Origin: Geosiphon pyriformis uo1
Lineage: Eukaryota > Fungi > Glomeromycota
Length of the DNA stretch: 64,000 nt
Assembly: GCA_016748015.1 (NCBI GenBank)
Contig: JAAOMT010000571.1
Location: 1,243,095-1,307,094 of the forward strand
Reading direction: 5' to 3'
A program made the translations under genes and the position numbers. Each line of letters begins with the position of its first letter. Positions within the stretch are counted from its first letter, which is position 1. This document shows, piece by piece, positions 61,993 to 64,000 of the stretch. The notes beneath the pieces were generated by a model. It did no database searches and was not told the origin of the DNA. It was given only the letters and a program-made list of their open reading frames with translations.

Positions 61993-64000
61993 TTTTTTTT
62001 TTATTACATTTAATGAGTACAGTTCAACCACTATCTAATATACAGATGCAAGCTAAGTAAATCTAACTAAATGTGGTTCACACATTTGCTACATGTAACT
62101 AGCCACTCAGGCCAATCTAGACAACACTATACACCTACATAAACTTTGACACTATCACAAATACCAGAAAAAAAAAGGCTAGCCTTACACAAACCAAAAC
62201 TGACGGCAAACATCTCATCAATTCCAAGAAGATAAACAATTTCACCAGACAAATGTTTAATAGAGTCAGCTAAAAGACCAATAAGAATTTCCGAAGCACA
62301 AACCAAACCACAACATTCTATGTCCACTTTAAACTTAGCCCTGAGTAACTACAAACCACACCAGTGTTTTTTTGCCAGGCGCCAAACAAAATCAGCCACC
62401 ACCAAAACAGCCTGATTATGATTCTTGAAATGTGCAGTAGCTTTATCAATCTATTCTCTTAGTACAAAGCCTTTACACAATTGCATATACACTCCTGAAT
62501 TATAACAACTAGCAAGCAGAGTACACAACATAGGAGAGGATGCCAGAGAGCAGCCCACCAGCAACAACTTCCACAAAGCAGTCCTGTCCAACAAAATATC
62601 AGCACACACAGCTGCCTTATTTTGACAAGTAAACACATGATCTGACAATTCAACATTATCACACATTAAACAGAGAACCTCAAGATAACATTTATCATAC
62701 AACCTTTTACGAATGGCAACTGATAACTTCCTATGGACCACTTTCATTAAGTAAGTACAGAGAATAGCTGAAGCTCAGCTTGTAAAACCTGACAGCATGT
62801 GGGAGTCCGGGTGCCAGACTGAAGCCATACACTTCCAATCAACTCTTTATCGATCACCACAGAGCCAGGACCAGTCTCCCACTGAGCATAACAGATAGAT
62901 CTATAAATATCCCAAACAAAATGTCGAGCATTGCCTAAGACAACCTGACCATGAGCCATGACATACCTTTCCTGAACACTCATAGGAAGAGACAAATTGG
63001 AGTGAGCAGCGTGCCCAGCCAAAGCATCAGTCTTGTCATTGTGAGCATTACTCAAATGGCCTTTTACCTTCACCCACCCAACAGAAAGGTCTTTATTCTC
63101 AATCAACTTGTGAATATAACATCTTTCCACCCAACATTTGTTCCTGAAATCAGAAGCAATTAAACCCAATTCTGAAGCACACGCATCAATAATAGCCTGA
63201 CTATCAGTGTTAATAACAACCGAGCATGAAGAAGGAACACATTGCAGTGCCAGGACAACAGTGTGAAGTTCAGCCATAGTAGAAAAAAGCAACTCACTGA
63301 CCTCAATGCCAATACTCACACTAGCATTGGGGAAATAAGCTGCAGCCCCACCTGCAACCTTGGCAGTGCCCAAATGAGACAAAAAACCATCAGTATACAC
63401 TGCGAAGACATCAAACCAAGATTCATGTAAACATTCTCAAACAACCAAATATCTTTCCGAATCAAAAAAGTTTGAGCCACCAAAGACTGTGGACAGACCA
63501 CCAGGAATGAGACAGTGACCATCCATGTATGCAGAAACTTTGGAGTACCACAAGGATACAGGACCCCTGAAACTCAGTCTCTTCCAGCGGCAAAAAGTCC
63601 TCCAACTGAGAACCAATTTATCTTTGCCCAATAACCTGTCACCAAAGGCAACACCAAAATGCTTTAAAGAGGGGACCACACCAAAATAAAAAGAGCTACC
63701 CAAGATCATCAATACAGGAAAGTGACCAGCACCATGAAAAGCACAAGGCAAATTGTTGGCCAGATATATATCATTGTCCAAAAAAATTCTAACCATACCA
63801 GCAAGAAAATTGTTAGAGGAATTAACCCTCAACTTAACAGGATGTTGCAAAGGGTTTAATGGAGCCCACTCTAATATCTGTAAATCCAAAAAACAGTGTT
63901 CAAACAAATGTCCCAGAATACCAGGCACATTTGAGAACCAAACCAATGAAGCCACCTTCTCTTTAGCCTAGATCTGTTCGAAAGTCCTCACACCATAAAG
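61993..64000 (-). mobile_element. 3' portion of another LINE subfamily (RNase H, Zn finger, 3' UTR, poly(A)); continues beyond the window
   Basis: YTDGFL, MAELHTV, NTDSQA, WVKVKGHLSNAHNDKTD; CLMCDNVELSDHVFTC; T-run 61993-62002. Confidence 0.92.

Overview
Eukaryotic DNA made entirely of transposable elements, with no recognisable host gene. The element families and mutation pattern resemble Glomeromycotina fungi such as Geosiphon (inference, not verified). Bases 1-13.7 kb are an extremely AT-rich fossil stack of decayed LINEs and solo LTRs, plus one younger 5'-truncated LINE. Bases 13,725-61,745 are one full-length ~6.8-kb LINE (minus strand; ORF1 + APE-RT-RNase H ORF2; 10-bp TSD) expanded to 48 kb by five LTR-element insertions, one of which carries a sixth. 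All six junctions can be rebuilt from 4-bp TSDs. The four full-length Ty3/Gypsy elements (three of family A, one of the distant family B) share an unusual, retrovirus-like design: (i) a Met-free, apparently GUG-initiated 240-320-codon extension ahead of the AUG that starts the capsid; (ii) a multi-CxxC domain, a dUTPase and a degenerate dUTPase-like domain between protease and RT; (iii) a conserved stop after RNase H, leaving integrase as a separate AUG-initiated ORF; (iv) a soluble ~200-240-aa ORF3 in the env position. All six TSDs have CG, or its deamination products TG/CA, at the centre. All copies are pseudogenised by C>T/G>A transitions. Assembly issues: a 659-N gap, a Nextera/Tn5 mosaic-end adapter at 28,639, and a clean 4.7-kb inversion that may or may not be real.
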